From Synechococcus sp. (GTDB lineage Bacteria; Cyanobacteriota; Cyanobacteriia; Thermostichales; PCC-7336), in NCBI GenBank assembly GCA_051439605.1, contig JBFRWN010000002.1, positions 1 to 24,922 of the forward strand: 24,922 nucleotides of DNA, given 5' to 3'. Positions 1-10,282 of the stretch are shown here, piece after piece (within the stretch, counting starts at the first letter, position 1; every line of letters starts with the position of its first letter). Both the position numbers and the translations under genes were made by a program. The notes below the pieces were generated by a model. It was not told where the DNA came from and did not search any database. It saw only the letters and a program-made list of their open reading frames with translations.

Positions 1-126
1 TCGGACTGGGAGACACCAACTGCCAAGTATCTCCACTTACGTTCCACCGATCTCCAACCCTACGGAAAGATTGCTGATTTTCTCCGGAAACGCCTCTCGG
101 ACTGTAACCTCAAGTTGAACCAGCCC
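1..126 (+). mobile_element. Putative IS right end / transposase C-terminus inserted in pnuC (family unassigned)
   Basis: Frame 1 is open from base 1 (SDWETPTAKYLHLRSTDLQPYGKIADFLRKRLSDCNLKLNQP). This part is hydrophilic and unlike PnuC, and it switches abruptly to a PnuC-type helix at about 127. The junction ...CTGTAACCTCAAGTTGAACCAGCCC looks like a terminal inverted repeat, but the partner end is outside the window. Confidence 0.35.
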
Positions 127-255
127 GGTATCTGTATCTATATGGTGAAAGGACTCTACCCCACGGCTATCCTCTACGCCGTATTTCTCGGCTTGGCCAC
201 CACAGGACTGTTGGCATGGAAAAAGACAATCGCCCCCCAACCCGAACGGGCATGA
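127..255 (+). pseudogene. pnuC: 3' fragment of nicotinamide riboside transporter PnuC
   Basis: Frame 1 reads GICIYMVKGLYPTAILYAVFLGLATTGLLAWKKTIAPQPERA*, the typical PnuC last helix (Y..KGLY.TA.LY.VFL.LA..G...W++). It overlaps the start of the nadR-like gene. The expected upstream 'W..W..vD' segment is missing. Confidence 0.65.
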
Positions 256-1208
256 TACTGGGTAAATTTATGCCCCCCCATCTCGGGCATCAATATCTGG
301 TGGACTTCGCCCGCCATTACGTCGATCGCCTGTCGGTGCTGGTCTGCTCTCTCGCCTGCGAGCCCATTCCCGGCCACTTGCGTTTCAACTGGATGCGCCA
401 GATGTTCCCGGATGCAGACGTCATTCACCTCACGGACGAAAACCCTCAAGAACCGCAGGACCATCCCGATTTCTGGCAAATCTGGCACGACAGCATCCGC
501 CGCGTTTTGCCCATCGGCCCAGACTTGGTGTTTGCCTCCGAAGACTACGGCTGGACCCTAGCTAAAATCCTCGGTGCCCAATACATTCCCGTCGATCGCG
601 ATCGGACCCTCGTCCCCATTTCAGGCACGGCAATCCGCACCGATCCCCTGGGTAACTGGAACTATCTACCTCCTTGCGTGCGTCCCTACTTCCTCTGCCG
701 CATCTGCATTATCGGTCCCGAATCCACCGGAAAATCCACCCTCGCCCGCCAATTAGCAGATCGCTATCGAACGGTTTACGTCAACGAATACGCTCGCAGC
801 CTGCTGGACTACAAACAGGGTCGTTGCGACTACGAAGACATCGATCGAATCGCCCGAGGGCAAATCGCATCCGAGGAGGCTCTGGCCCCTCAATCCAATC
901 GCATTCTATTTTGCGACACCGATCTCATCACCACCACGATTTGGAGCGAGGTGTTGTTCGATCGCTGCCCCAACTGGATTCGTGCAGAGGCCGATCGCCG
1001 CACTTACGATCTGTATTTGGTTACCGATTGCGATGTCCCTTGGGTTGAAGACTGCCAGCGCAACCATCCCCACCAACGAGAGTGGTTTCGCGATCGGTGC
1101 ATTCGGGAATTAGAACAGCGCGATCGGAGCTTTGTCCTTCTCAGTGGAACATGGGAACAGCGCTTTCTAGGGGCATGTCAAGCTGTCAATCGCTTTTTCG
1201 CCCTCTGA
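216..1208 (+). CDS. nadR: NadR-like bifunctional NMN adenylyltransferase / ribosylnicotinamide kinase (no HTH domain)
   Basis: N-terminal GKFMPPHLGH (HxGH) nucleotidyltransferase motif, ISGTAIR, then P-loop GPESTGKST, CDTD and DVPWVED motifs. Adjacent to pnuC. Confidence 0.88.
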   Translation: MEKDNRPPTRTGMILGKFMPPHLGHQYLVDFARHYVDRLSVLVCSLACEPIPGHLRFNWMRQMFPDADVIHLTDENPQEPQDHPDFWQIWHDSIRRVLPIGPDLVFASEDYGWTLAKILGAQYIPVDRDRTLVPISGTAIRTDPLGNWNYLPPCVRPYFLCRICIIGPESTGKSTLARQLADRYRTVYVNEYARSLLDYKQGRCDYEDIDRIARGQIASEEALAPQSNRILFCDTDLITTTIWSEVLFDRCPNWIRAEADRRTYDLYLVTDCDVPWVEDCQRNHPHQREWFRDRCIRELEQRDRSFVLLSGTWEQRFLGACQAVNRFFAL

Positions 1209-1510
1209 ACCCCTAAAGATCCCATTTTGCCATTGCCTTTGAGTCAAGCTCAACTCCCAAGTCATGCGTGATTGCTCTAAAGTTTCAACCAATCAAAAAT
1301 ATTTCACCCAACGTCAGCCGAACTGTGCGAGCAAACTCTGGTACCAGTAGTAGTTCTTCTGTTAATTCGATCGCGAGAACCGACTTGTCAGGGACAATAA
1401 ACAAATAGGTAGGTTTCTTCACGATCCAACAACCAGCCCATGTCGGTACCGCAATCGAGACGTTCTAAAAAGAGAAACAGAGTTCAATCGGAATGTTTGC
1501 TTGGGGGCCG

Positions 1511-2194
1511 TTAAGCAGACATCGGTAGACAATTGACTTGCCCCGTGGGCATTGACTGTCGGAAGGACTGATAATAGTCTTTGCAAGACTCATCGAACAG
1601 GGTGCGAAGCATGATGATGGGTTGTGCGTGGTGATCGACCCGTAGATCGAGGTGTGGATAAGCTTCCGCACCCATCACATAGATAGCGGCGGATTGTCGA
1701 CCTCGCTTATCACCTCCAGCTTTATCGCCCGCTTCTAGAGCAAGCAATAGGCGATGGCTGAATGGTTCGTGTATAAATTGCTGGTAAGCCTCAGCCATTG
1801 CATCCAAGGGGGCTTGACTCACCAGCATGTTGCCCGCCACAGAAAAACCTTGAAATGTGAGATGTCCTGCCCAATCAACGCAATCCTTGCCGGTCCAAGC
1901 AACTGTCTCCCCATCGCAGGATGCGATGTGTAGCTGGCGTTCTTCGCGAGCGCTATCTTCCAGCATCAGACGCTGCAAAACTGATTGTGCCGAATCACGC
2001 CCCGACCGGCTATTTTGTTCGAGCATTTCCAACCCGCGAATACCCAACAGGGGATTGGTTTGGGCTTGAGTCGCGATCGCTCCTACGCCGGCCCTTGCAT
2101 GGGGCACCATTGCTCCAACAGCAAGATGTTTAGTGGCGACTGCCACCCCCGTCATTCCAGACTTTTCATCCCAAGCAACAATCGAGAAGGTCAT
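1511..2194 (-). CDS. DUF1028 family Ntn-hydrolase-like protein
   Basis: MTFSIVAWD N-terminus (Thr nucleophile position), GVGAIATQA, AWTG..C..WAG, VAGNML, AGGDKRGRQSAA and DLRVD motifs. Confidence 0.9.
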   Translation of the reverse strand: MTFSIVAWDEKSGMTGVAVATKHLAVGAMVPHARAGVGAIATQAQTNPLLGIRGLEMLEQNSRSGRDSAQSVLQRLMLEDSAREERQLHIASCDGETVAWTGKDCVDWAGHLTFQGFSVAGNMLVSQAPLDAMAEAYQQFIHEPFSHRLLLALEAGDKAGGDKRGRQSAAIYVMGAEAYPHLDLRVDHHAQPIIMLRTLFDESCKDYYQSFRQSMPTGQVNCLPMSA

Positions 2195-2500
2195 GGCGCT
2201 CGTCAGATCTCCGCAAACTGTTTAGGATTTGTAGAAAAAAATAATCTCAGTATCATAGCGGCGAAGATTGAAAGAGAATGTCGCGAATGTAACATCAGCG
2301 AGGCTTTTCCACGGCTCTCAGGCGGATACTAGAAAGGGGCGAGACTTATCTAAGTCACACAAGGTATTCGAAACATCCAGGGATAGTATCTATAACCCCA
2401 ACTAAGCAGTTGTTCTAAAGAAATCCCACTGAATTCATAAAGTCCGAGCACAGACCGATAGGATTCACCCACCCAAGAATTAACCATTAGGCTATTTGTT

Positions 2501-4525
2501 ATGTGCGGCATCGCAGGTATCTTGCACCATGACGCATCTCGCCCTGTCGATCCAGCACTACTGGTTGCAATGGCTGCGATTCAAGAACATCGCGGTCCTG
2601 ACGGTTTTGGTTGGAAGATCTTGAGTGGTTGCGGAGTCGGGCTTTCTCATGCGCGACTATCCATCATCGATCTCGATGCCAATCGAGGTCGGCAGCCAAT
2701 TGTGTCTGAAGATGGGCGCTACACGATCGTCCATAACGGCGAGTTCTACGACTACAAACGCCTGCGAGCCGACCTAACGTCCCGTGGGTACCGCTTTGTC
2801 ACCAAGAGCGACACCGAGTTAGTCCTTCATTTGACCGATCGGATGGGGTTAGAGCGGGCTTTGTCTCATTTGCGGGGGGAGTTTGCGTTTGCGCTTTACG
2901 AGCGGGATGCCGATCGCCTAACGCTGGTGCGAGATCGGTTTGGGGTAAAACCTCTCTACTGGACGATGACCCCAGATGGCATCGTCTTTGGCTCAGAAAT
3001 TAAAGTCCTGTTTGCGCATCCATCCGTCAATCGCTCCTTTTCTCACGAAGGGTTGTTTCACCAGCTCATGCAAACGATGGTGCCCGGAACCTCCTGCTTT
3101 GAAGGGATTCACGCGGTACAGCCGGGTCAGATGGTGGTGTGCGAACGGCGCAGAGGGCGGATTCAGGTGCACAGCCACACTTACTGGGATTTGAATTTTC
3201 CGTTGATGGGCGATCGCCCATCAATCCCAGAAGAGGACTATATTGAAGCGCTCCGGCATCATTTTATCGAGGCGGTTCAACTGCGACTGGAAGCCGATGT
3301 CCCTGTGGCTTGCTATTTGTCTGGAGGCATTGATTCTTGCTCCATCATGGGCATTGCCTCTGCCTGCCAGCAAGCTCCGGTGAAGGCATTCACGATTGGG
3401 TTTGAGGATGGGGACTATGACGAAACGGCGATTGCCCGCGAGATGGCCGAGGCGGTGGGGGCCGATCGCGAAGTTTTGATGGTGCGAGGGACGGATCTCT
3501 ACGACCACTTTGTCCGTACGATATGGCACACCGAACGCAGTATTTACAACACGTTTACAGTGGCTAAGTTGCTGATGAGCGAGTACGTGCATCGGTCAGG
3601 TTACAAGGTGGTGGTGACTGGCGAAGGGTCTGACGAGCTGTTTGCTGGTTATCCCCAACTGCGCTTGGACATGATTTTGCACGGTATGGAGGCAGCCTCG
3701 CCTGCAGAACGGGACGAGCTGGAGACCTGGTTGCAGGAGAGCAATCGCTTGTTCAAAGGGAATTTACTGGCCCAGAAACGATTAAACGATCCGGCTTTGA
3801 CGGAGCGGATTGGGTTTACCCCCAGCTGTCTGCAGTCTTGGTTATCCACAGCTCCTCAAGGGATGGGCTTGCTACATCCCGATCTCCGCGAGAGACTGCG
3901 AGACTATGCACCGGGGGCAGCGATTGCTCGTACCCTCGACCCAAATCAGCTTGAGGGTCGCCATCCCTTAGACAAGGCCCAATACGTGTGGATTAAAACC
4001 CAGTTCGAGTCTCAGGTGTTGGGCTGGGCAGGCGATCGCGTGGATATGGCGAATTCGTTGGAGGCTCGACCGGCCTTTTTGGATCGTCCTTTGGTTGAGT
4101 TTGCTGTTACAGTGCCCCCCCACATGCGATTTCGGGGACAGAGGGACAAGTACATTCTGCGAGAAACCATGCGGGACATATTGCCGGAGGCGTTATATAA
4201 CCGGCAAAAGTTTGCATTTATGGCCCCTCCTGCCTATACAAATTCATTGCAGCAGAAGTCGATGCTAGAGCTGTGCGAGAGGTATTTGAGACCGGATACG
4301 ATCGCCAGGACTGGCTTGCTGAACAGTACGTCCGTCTCGAAGTTGTTCGAACGCTACCTCCATCCAGGTACTTCTGTGGCGGATCGAGTACAGCTGGATG
4401 CCACCATCAATCACCTGCTGAGCGTACAGATTTTGCACGAGCATTTCATTGCTGCCGATGTGCCGGAAATCGCGCGATCGCGGGCTCGATCTTTGGGCTG
4501 GGGGGTGGAGATGGCCACTCGCTAA
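2501..4525 (+). CDS. asnB: Asparagine synthase (glutamine-hydrolysing) family amidotransferase
   Basis: MCGIAG, HRGPD, RLSIID, HNGEFY, RDRFGVKPLY, LSGGIDS, TGEGSDELFAGY and DRVDMANSLEARPAFLD motifs. Confidence 0.92.
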   Translation: MCGIAGILHHDASRPVDPALLVAMAAIQEHRGPDGFGWKILSGCGVGLSHARLSIIDLDANRGRQPIVSEDGRYTIVHNGEFYDYKRLRADLTSRGYRFVTKSDTELVLHLTDRMGLERALSHLRGEFAFALYERDADRLTLVRDRFGVKPLYWTMTPDGIVFGSEIKVLFAHPSVNRSFSHEGLFHQLMQTMVPGTSCFEGIHAVQPGQMVVCERRRGRIQVHSHTYWDLNFPLMGDRPSIPEEDYIEALRHHFIEAVQLRLEADVPVACYLSGGIDSCSIMGIASACQQAPVKAFTIGFEDGDYDETAIAREMAEAVGADREVLMVRGTDLYDHFVRTIWHTERSIYNTFTVAKLLMSEYVHRSGYKVVVTGEGSDELFAGYPQLRLDMILHGMEAASPAERDELETWLQESNRLFKGNLLAQKRLNDPALTERIGFTPSCLQSWLSTAPQGMGLLHPDLRERLRDYAPGAAIARTLDPNQLEGRHPLDKAQYVWIKTQFESQVLGWAGDRVDMANSLEARPAFLDRPLVEFAVTVPPHMRFRGQRDKYILRETMRDILPEALYNRQKFAFMAPPAYTNSLQQKSMLELCERYLRPDTIARTGLLNSTSVSKLFERYLHPGTSVADRVQLDATINHLLSVQILHEHFIAADVPEIARSRARSLGWGVEMATR

Positions 4526-4614
4526 TGCCGGATACCTAAGCAGTGAAAGATGCTGCCCGCTGATAACGACCGTCAAAAGGACTTTCTTGTCCTACGGAGC
4601 GAGATTCATTATGT

Positions 4615-5601
4615 CTAAGCTGACTCAACCAAGTGGCATGCTACCTGATGTCCCGGACCAACAAACCGAAATTCTGGTGCAGGTTCCTGCATGCATTCTG
4701 GCTTTGCGAAGGGACAGCGGGTATGGAAACAGCAGCCTTCGGGTGGATTCAGAGGGCTAGGCACATCTCCACTCAGAATGATGCGTTCGCGTTTTGCTTC
4801 CAGGATTGGGTCTGGAATTGGAACTGCTGACAGTAGCGATTGCGTGTAAGGGTGGAGCGGATTTTCGTACAAACTGACTCGATCGGCGAGCTCGACAATA
4901 TGGCCGAGATACATCACTGCGACGCGATCGGCTAGATGACGCACCACGCTCAAATCATGGGCAATGAATAGGTAGGTTAATCCCAAGTCTGCTTGGAGTT
5001 TTTGGAGTAGGTTAATCACCTGAGCCTGAATCGATACGTCTAGAGCCGCAATCGGCTCGTCTCCAATAATGAAATCAGGGTTGGCTGCCAAAGCCCGAGC
5101 AATAACGATGCGCTGACGCTGCCCTCCAGAAAACTCGTGGGGATAGCGATGGACATGCTGCGGATCCAATCCCACCATCTCCAGCAGCTCGCGAACGCGA
5201 TCGCGCATCGCTTTCCCCTTGGCTAAGCCATGCACGGTTAGTGGCTCCCCTACAATACCGCCCACCGTCATGCGAGGATTGAGGGACGCATAAGGATCTT
5301 GAAAAATCATCTGCATTCGCCGGCGCTGATGGCGCAAGGGTTCCCCAGACATGGATGTTAGCTCGGTGTTGTCGAAGTACACCTGGCCGGATGTCGGTCG
5401 TTCCATCTGCAAAATGGCCCGCCCAGCAGTGCTTTTTCCGCACCCCGACTCTCCTACTAACCCCAGTGTTTCTCCGCGGTGAATGGTGAATGTGAGACCA
5501 TCCACTGCCTTGACCTGACCCACCTGGCGCTGCCAAATTACCCCTTTCTTGACAGGGAAATACACCTTGAGATTTTCGACACTAACAAGCGGTTGAGTCA
5601 T
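4615..5601 (-). CDS. Peptide/nickel ABC transporter ATP-binding subunit (OppF/DppF type)
   Basis: GESGCGKST Walker [19 protein letters not shown] signature, DEPIAALD, C-terminal HPYT..L and GC.FHTRCP oligopeptide domain. Confidence 0.93.
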   Translation of the reverse strand: MTQPLVSVENLKVYFPVKKGVIWQRQVGQVKAVDGLTFTIHRGETLGLVGESGCGKSTAGRAILQMERPTSGQVYFDNTELTSMSGEPLRHQRRRMQMIFQDPYASLNPRMTVGGIVGEPLTVHGLAKGKAMRDRVRELLEMVGLDPQHVHRYPHEFSGGQRQRIVIARALAANPDFIIGDEPIAALDVSIQAQVINLLQKLQADLGLTYLFIAHDLSVVRHLADRVAVMYLGHIVELADRVSLYENPLHPYTQSLLSAVPIPDPILEAKRERIILSGDVPSPLNPPEGCCFHTRCPFAKPECMQEPAPEFRFVGPGHQVACHLVESA

Positions 5602-5673
5602 GGGAGAGCGCTAGCGTTTCATGAAAGATCGATTGAGAAGCATTGAAAGCGCATCGAGGTGGAAAGAGGGGAA

Positions 5674-6711
5674 CTATGCAGAACTGAAATCGGAGGGCTC
5701 GACCGATGCGCTCGCCTCTCGAAATTCCGCCAGAACTTGGGTCCCTTGTGGCTGCACCCAACAGGCCACTCGATGCTGCGGTCCAATGGTGGCCAAGTCG
5801 GGATCCTCTTGAAGGCAGCGATCGATCGCAAACGGACAGCGGGGAGCAAACGGACAGCCGATAGGGTAGCGAATTAAATCTGGTGGCTTTCCATCGATTG
5901 GCTTGAGCCGAGTGCGGCGCACCTCGTCCATTCTCGGGATGCTTTGCAACAGGCCCAAGGTGTAGGGATGGCGCGGATTGTCATAGAGCTGGTGCAGGGG
6001 GGCCGATTCGACAATTTGTCCGGCGTACATCACCAATATGCGATCCGCTAAGCCCGCAAGCAAAGAGAGATCGTGGGTAATCCAAATAGTCGCCATGCCG
6101 ATCTCTTGGCGCAGTTCTTTCATCAGGGCGACAATTTGCGCCTGAATTGTCACGTCAAGGGCCGTAGTTGGCTCGTCGGCAATTAACAATTCGGGTTTGC
6201 AGGCCACCCCCATGGCAATCATCACCCGCTGGCGCATCCCCCCCGAAAACTGATGGGGATAGGTTTTCAGCCGTTTTGCCGCATCGGGGATACCGACGCG
6301 ATCGAGCAGTTCGATCGCGCGCTCCCTTGCCTCACCCTTGCCCATGTGGAGATGCAGTCGCAGAGCTTCTGTCAGTTGTCGCTCCACTGTCAGAACGGGA
6401 TTGAGGGAGGTCATGGGATCTTGGAAGATCGTGCCAATGCGATCTCCGCGCATTTTCCTCATCTCGTTGGGAGCAAGCTGAAGCAAATCGCGATCTGAAA
6501 ACCAAACTTCCCCCTCCACAATTTGTGCGGGGGGGCTGGGCAATAACCGCAGCAGAGAAAGCACGGTTATGCTCTTCCCCGACCCCGATTCCCCCACCAC
6601 CCCGACGGTTTCCCCCGGATGCACTTCAAAACTGACCCCATTCACCGCGCGGACAATACCCGTAGGGGTGTGGAAATGGGTGGTGAGATTGCGAACGGTC
6701 AGTAATGCCAC
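5674..6711 (-). CDS. Peptide/nickel ABC transporter ATP-binding subunit (OppD/DppD type)
   Basis: [34 protein letters not shown] and GCPFAPRC motifs. Start reassigned to GTG at 6711, behind a GGAGGT SD sequence (the ORF track start 6822 overlaps the permease). Confidence 0.92.
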   Translation of the reverse strand: MALLTVRNLTTHFHTPTGIVRAVNGVSFEVHPGETVGVVGESGSGKSITVLSLLRLLPSPPAQIVEGEVWFSDRDLLQLAPNEMRKMRGDRIGTIFQDPMTSLNPVLTVERQLTEALRLHLHMGKGEARERAIELLDRVGIPDAAKRLKTYPHQFSGGMRQRVMIAMGVACKPELLIADEPTTALDVTIQAQIVALMKELRQEIGMATIWITHDLSLLAGLADRILVMYAGQIVESAPLHQLYDNPRHPYTLGLLQSIPRMDEVRRTRLKPIDGKPPDLIRYPIGCPFAPRCPFAIDRCLQEDPDLATIGPQHRVACWVQPQGTQVLAEFREASASVEPSDFSSA

Positions 6712-6716
6712 AATCG

Positions 6717-7613
6717 TCACCTCCGCTGTTGGGGATCCAGGGCTTCCCGCAGGCCATCTCCTAGCAGGTTGAAGCCCAGAACGGTAATGGCGATCGCCCC
6801 TCCTGGAAATGTCGTTACCCAAGGGGCTCGCTTAAAATAATCGCGCCCCGCCGCCAAAATCGCCCCCCACTCTGGGGAGGGGGGCTGAGCCCCTAAGCCC
6901 AGAAAGGATAAGGCCGATGCAGATAGCACCGCCACAGACACCCCCACCGTGGCCACCACAATGATGGGGGACAAAATGTTGGGCAGGATATGGCGAAAAA
7001 TCAACCGCCCGTGTCTGGCTCCCACCGCTTGGGCAGCTTTGAAATAGTCTTTGTTTTTCTCTACCAACACTGCCCCGTAGGCAATGCGAGCGTAGAAGGG
7101 GATCGAGCTAATCCCTACGGCAATCATGGCGTTGGTCAAACTAGGACCCAAGACTGCCACTGCCGCCAATGCAATCAAGGTTTCCGTAAACGAAAACAGC
7201 ACATCTACCGCCCGCATCAAGATGGCTTCAATCCAGCCTCCGGCATAGCCCGCCACCAATCCCACCAGTACCCCTGCTGTCAAGGAGATGCCAACGGCGA
7301 TCGTCCCCACCTGCAACGTCAATCGCGAACCATAAACGATGCGGCTAAACAGATCTCGACCCAGATCGTCAGTGCCAAACCAATAGTCCCCACTGGGGGG
7401 GGTGAGGGGCTTGCCCGCCCCCATCTCAGTGGGGCTGAAATGGGCAATCCAGGGTGCAAACACTGCCGTCAGGACCAGAAGCAGGCAGATGGCAGCCCCC
7501 AGTTTGGTGCTGGGACTCCTCAACAACACCCGCAGAAACCTTTTTGCCCGATAGATTTTGCCGTCTATCTGCTGCAAATCGCTCGACTCTCGTTTAGACC
7601 CATCCTGAATCAT
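6717..7613 (-). CDS. Peptide ABC transporter permease (OppC/DppC type)
   Basis: WFGTDDLGRDLFSRIVYG, EAA-like loop (YFKAAQAVGA), LSFLGLGAQPPSPEWG, NLLGDGLREALDP. Confidence 0.93.
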   Translation of the reverse strand: MIQDGSKRESSDLQQIDGKIYRAKRFLRVLLRSPSTKLGAAICLLLVLTAVFAPWIAHFSPTEMGAGKPLTPPSGDYWFGTDDLGRDLFSRIVYGSRLTLQVGTIAVGISLTAGVLVGLVAGYAGGWIEAILMRAVDVLFSFTETLIALAAVAVLGPSLTNAMIAVGISSIPFYARIAYGAVLVEKNKDYFKAAQAVGARHGRLIFRHILPNILSPIIVVATVGVSVAVLSASALSFLGLGAQPPSPEWGAILAAGRDYFKRAPWVTTFPGGAIAITVLGFNLLGDGLREALDPQQRR

Positions 7614-7616
7614 TGG

Positions 7617-8540
7617 TTAGCCGTAATTGATGCGTGGATCGATCCAGGCATAGAGAATATCCAAACCAATTGACACCGTTACCACCACCGTCGCGAAGAT
7701 TAAAATAAAGCCTTGGATTGTGGGATAGTCCCGCTGAAAGATTGACTGAATGGCTAACCGGCCTATCCCGTTCCAAGCAAAAACGTTTTCCACCACGATC
7801 GCCCCACCCATCATGTAAGTAAACTGCAACCCCAGCATGTTGACGACATTAATCGCACCGTTGCGAAAGGCATGGCGCGCCAGCACAACACTTTCTGCCA
7901 GTCCCTTTGAGCGGGCCGTACGCATATAGTCCTGCCCAAATACATCCAACATCGACGATCTCGTGAGTCGCGATACCGCTGCTGCATTCGCTAACCCTAA
8001 AGTCAGGGCAGGCAGAATTAGGTTTTTAAAGTCAGTACCGGATACCGGCAGCCAGCCCAACCGAATTGAGAAGACGTACATCAACATCAGTCCCAGCCAA
8101 AAACTGGGGATGGAGATGCCCACGATCGCCCCTGTCATCAAACTGGTATCGATCCAGGTGCCCCGCTTGTAGGCGGCAAAAAACCCCGCTGTCACACCCA
8201 CCACCATCGTCACCATCAGGCTGCTTAAGGCCAGCACTAACGTATTGGGCAAGCGCACCAACAATAGCTCCAATACCGGCTGATTTCCCCGAATGGTGGT
8301 GCCAAAGTCCCCCCGGAGAATGCGACCCATATACAGAATGTATTGCTCGTAGATAGGGCGATCTAAACCCAGTTGATGGCGAATTTGCTCCAATTGTTCT
8401 GGAGTGGTGGATTGCGACTGAGCAAACATAATCTGTACCGGATCCCCCGGCACCAGATGAATCAGTAACGTCACTGCCACAGTGGTCACCCAAATGGTGA
8501 ACAATCCACTGAGGATGCGCTTGAGGATATATCGAGTCAT
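7617..8540 (-). CDS. Peptide ABC transporter permease (OppB/DppB type)
   Basis: PGDP, LGLDRP, GDFG, DYMRTARSKGL, VENVFAWNGIG, RDYP and DILYAWIDPRI motifs. Confidence 0.93.
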   Translation of the reverse strand: MTRYILKRILSGLFTIWVTTVAVTLLIHLVPGDPVQIMFAQSQSTTPEQLEQIRHQLGLDRPIYEQYILYMGRILRGDFGTTIRGNQPVLELLLVRLPNTLVLALSSLMVTMVVGVTAGFFAAYKRGTWIDTSLMTGAIVGISIPSFWLGLMLMYVFSIRLGWLPVSGTDFKNLILPALTLGLANAAAVSRLTRSSMLDVFGQDYMRTARSKGLAESVVLARHAFRNGAINVVNMLGLQFTYMMGGAIVVENVFAWNGIGRLAIQSIFQRDYPTIQGFILIFATVVVTVSIGLDILYAWIDPRINYG

Positions 8541-8554
8541 AAAAAGTACAGGTG

Positions 8555-8581
8555 GGTAGGGGGATACACTTCCCCCCTACC
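8555..8581 (-). terminator. GC-rich hairpin between the substrate-binding and permease genes (partial terminator or mRNA stabiliser)
   Basis: GGTAGGGGG...CCCCCTACC inverted repeat. On the minus strand it is followed by CACCTGTACTTTTT. Confidence 0.55.
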
Positions 8582-8605
8582 GAGCGAGGGATTAATAGCT
8601 CAGTA

Positions 8606-10282
8606 TTAAGAGCTGAGTTTAACGTCATTGAACAGAGGGCGATCGAACGGTCCAATTTTGAAGCCATCCACCTCCGAAGTGGTGGTATAAATCCACAGCC
8701 AGCCGGGGGTGTAGAGCGGAACGTGAACCGCATTTTCCAAAAGGTACTTCTGGGCTTCTTGAACGGCGGCCAGACGAGCTTCCGGTTCAACGGTTGTGCG
8801 GGTGGCGTCTAACAGTGCATCTAGCTCTGAAGTTTGATACCCACTATAGGCACCGGGGGAATGCCATAACTGGTGCAAGATATCGGGGTCGTACCAGGCC
8901 CATCCCATCATGTCAAAGGTACTTTGACCGCTATCGGTTTCGTTCTCCTGCTTAACACGGGCGTTCATTGTTCCGATATCCATTGTTTCAATATCGGTTT
9001 CAATTCCCACTTGCGCCAGCTGGTTTTGAAACACCTGCACCATCTTCTCTCGATTACCCCCCACCCAAGTCATCATCGTCACCTTCAGCGGGTTATCCGG
9101 TCCGTACCCCAGTTCTGCTAGCAGTTCCCTAGCCATTTCAGGATTGTGACTGTAGCCATGCTCGGCACAGAATTCCTGGTCGTTGCCCAGAACACCTCGG
9201 GCCACCGTACATTTTTCCCGTTCGACAACATCCCCAAAAACTAACTCGATCGCCGCATCCGGATCGATTGCGTAGGCCACCGCTTGACGAGCCCGAATAT
9301 CGTTGAAGGGGGGACGAGCAACCGTAAACTCAAAAAACACATTTTGTCCGGTCTTTTCTGCAATATGGTTTGTGAGGTTGGGGTCCGCATTAATCGCATC
9401 TAATTCTTCAAGGGGGGGCTCTGCAATGACCTGAATCTCGCCGGTCTGCAAGCCCGCCAATCGAGTCTGGGCCTCAGGAATTTGCTTGACAATCAGCTCG
9501 TCTAGATAGGGCGCCCCTTCATTTTCAATGGGTCGACCAAAGTTTTGGTAGTCGGCATTCCTCTCCAGAACAATGGAATCTCCTTTCGTCCAGCTGACCA
9601 ATTTCCAGGGGCCGGTCCCCACTGCAGCGCTAACCCCGAAGTCATCTCCTAATTCAGCTGCACTGTTGCAAATCTGGCTGGAGAAGGGGTCGGCCATAAA
9701 TGAGATAAATGCCCCAAACGGTTGCTCGAAGACAAACTTCACCGTTTGCGAATCGATCGCTTCCACCGCTGAAATTGGCCCCCAAGCCCCCTTAGTAACG
9801 CTAGGATTTTCTTCGCCAATCGCTCGTTCGGCAGTATATTTCACATCCTCGGCGTCAAAAGTGCTGCCATCGTGGCAGGAGATCCCCTCATTCAAGACAA
9901 ACGTGACTTCCAATCCATCGTCACTCACCGTCCATGCTTTGGCCAAATTGGCCACCACCTCGCCATCGTCATTAAAGGCGAGCAACGTGTCGTAAATCTG
10001 ATCGAAAATCTGCCAGGACAATGTCGTTGTAGTGCGGTGCGGGTCCAGAGAATCAGCATCCCCATAACGAGCCCAGACTAAACTCCCTCCCTCCTGAGGG
10101 ACCGTGCTATCGGCAGCCGTGTCAACCCCTTCTTCAAGGGTTGTGGGGGATTCCACTGCGGGTGGCGAGTCCGATACTGTCTCGCCACCGCCGCAAGCTG
10201 AGACCAAACCGGCAAGCAAAACTGGAGCAAATGACTTCCCACAAAACGATAGAAAATTCCGCAAGGTTTCATCAACAGTCAT
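8606..10282 (-). CDS. ABC transporter substrate-binding lipoprotein, family 5 (OppA/DppA-like)
   Basis: Lipobox LVSAC, SLDP, IYDTL, NLAKAWTVSDDG, HDGSTFDAEDV, VGTGPWK and PFND.RARQAVAYAID motifs. Very acidic protein. Confidence 0.93.
   Translation of the reverse strand: MTVDETLRNFLSFCGKSFAPVLLAGLVSACGGGETVSDSPPAVESPTTLEEGVDTAADSTVPQEGGSLVWARYGDADSLDPHRTTTTLSWQIFDQIYDTLLAFNDDGEVVANLAKAWTVSDDGLEVTFVLNEGISCHDGSTFDAEDVKYTAERAIGEENPSVTKGAWGPISAVEAIDSQTVKFVFEQPFGAFISFMADPFSSQICNSAAELGDDFGVSAAVGTGPWKLVSWTKGDSIVLERNADYQNFGRPIENEGAPYLDELIVKQIPEAQTRLAGLQTGEIQVIAEPPLEELDAINADPNLTNHIAEKTGQNVFFEFTVARPPFNDIRARQAVAYAIDPDAAIELVFGDVVEREKCTVARGVLGNDQEFCAEHGYSHNPEMARELLAELGYGPDNPLKVTMMTWVGGNREKMVQVFQNQLAQVGIETDIETMDIGTMNARVKQENETDSGQSTFDMMGWAWYDPDILHQLWHSPGAYSGYQTSELDALLDATRTTVEPEARLAAVQEAQKYLLENAVHVPLYTPGWLWIYTTTSEVDGFKIGPFDRPLFNDVKLSS

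Noticed and set aside
2231..2244. NtcA-like site GTA-N8-TAA between DUF1028 and asnB (and a TGTAGC half-site near 10451)
   Set aside because: Imperfect matches to GTA-N8-TAC in AT-rich DNA, too weak to call.
6712..6822. N-terminal extension of the OppD-type ORF in the track
   Set aside because: It overlaps the permease gene, and GTG 6711 has a GGAGGT SD and gives the canonical start.
8032..8790. 252-aa minus-strand ORF, plus 6990-7673 (+) and other long shadow ORFs
   Set aside because: They are alternative or antisense frames over well-supported ABC transporter genes and have no recognisable motifs.
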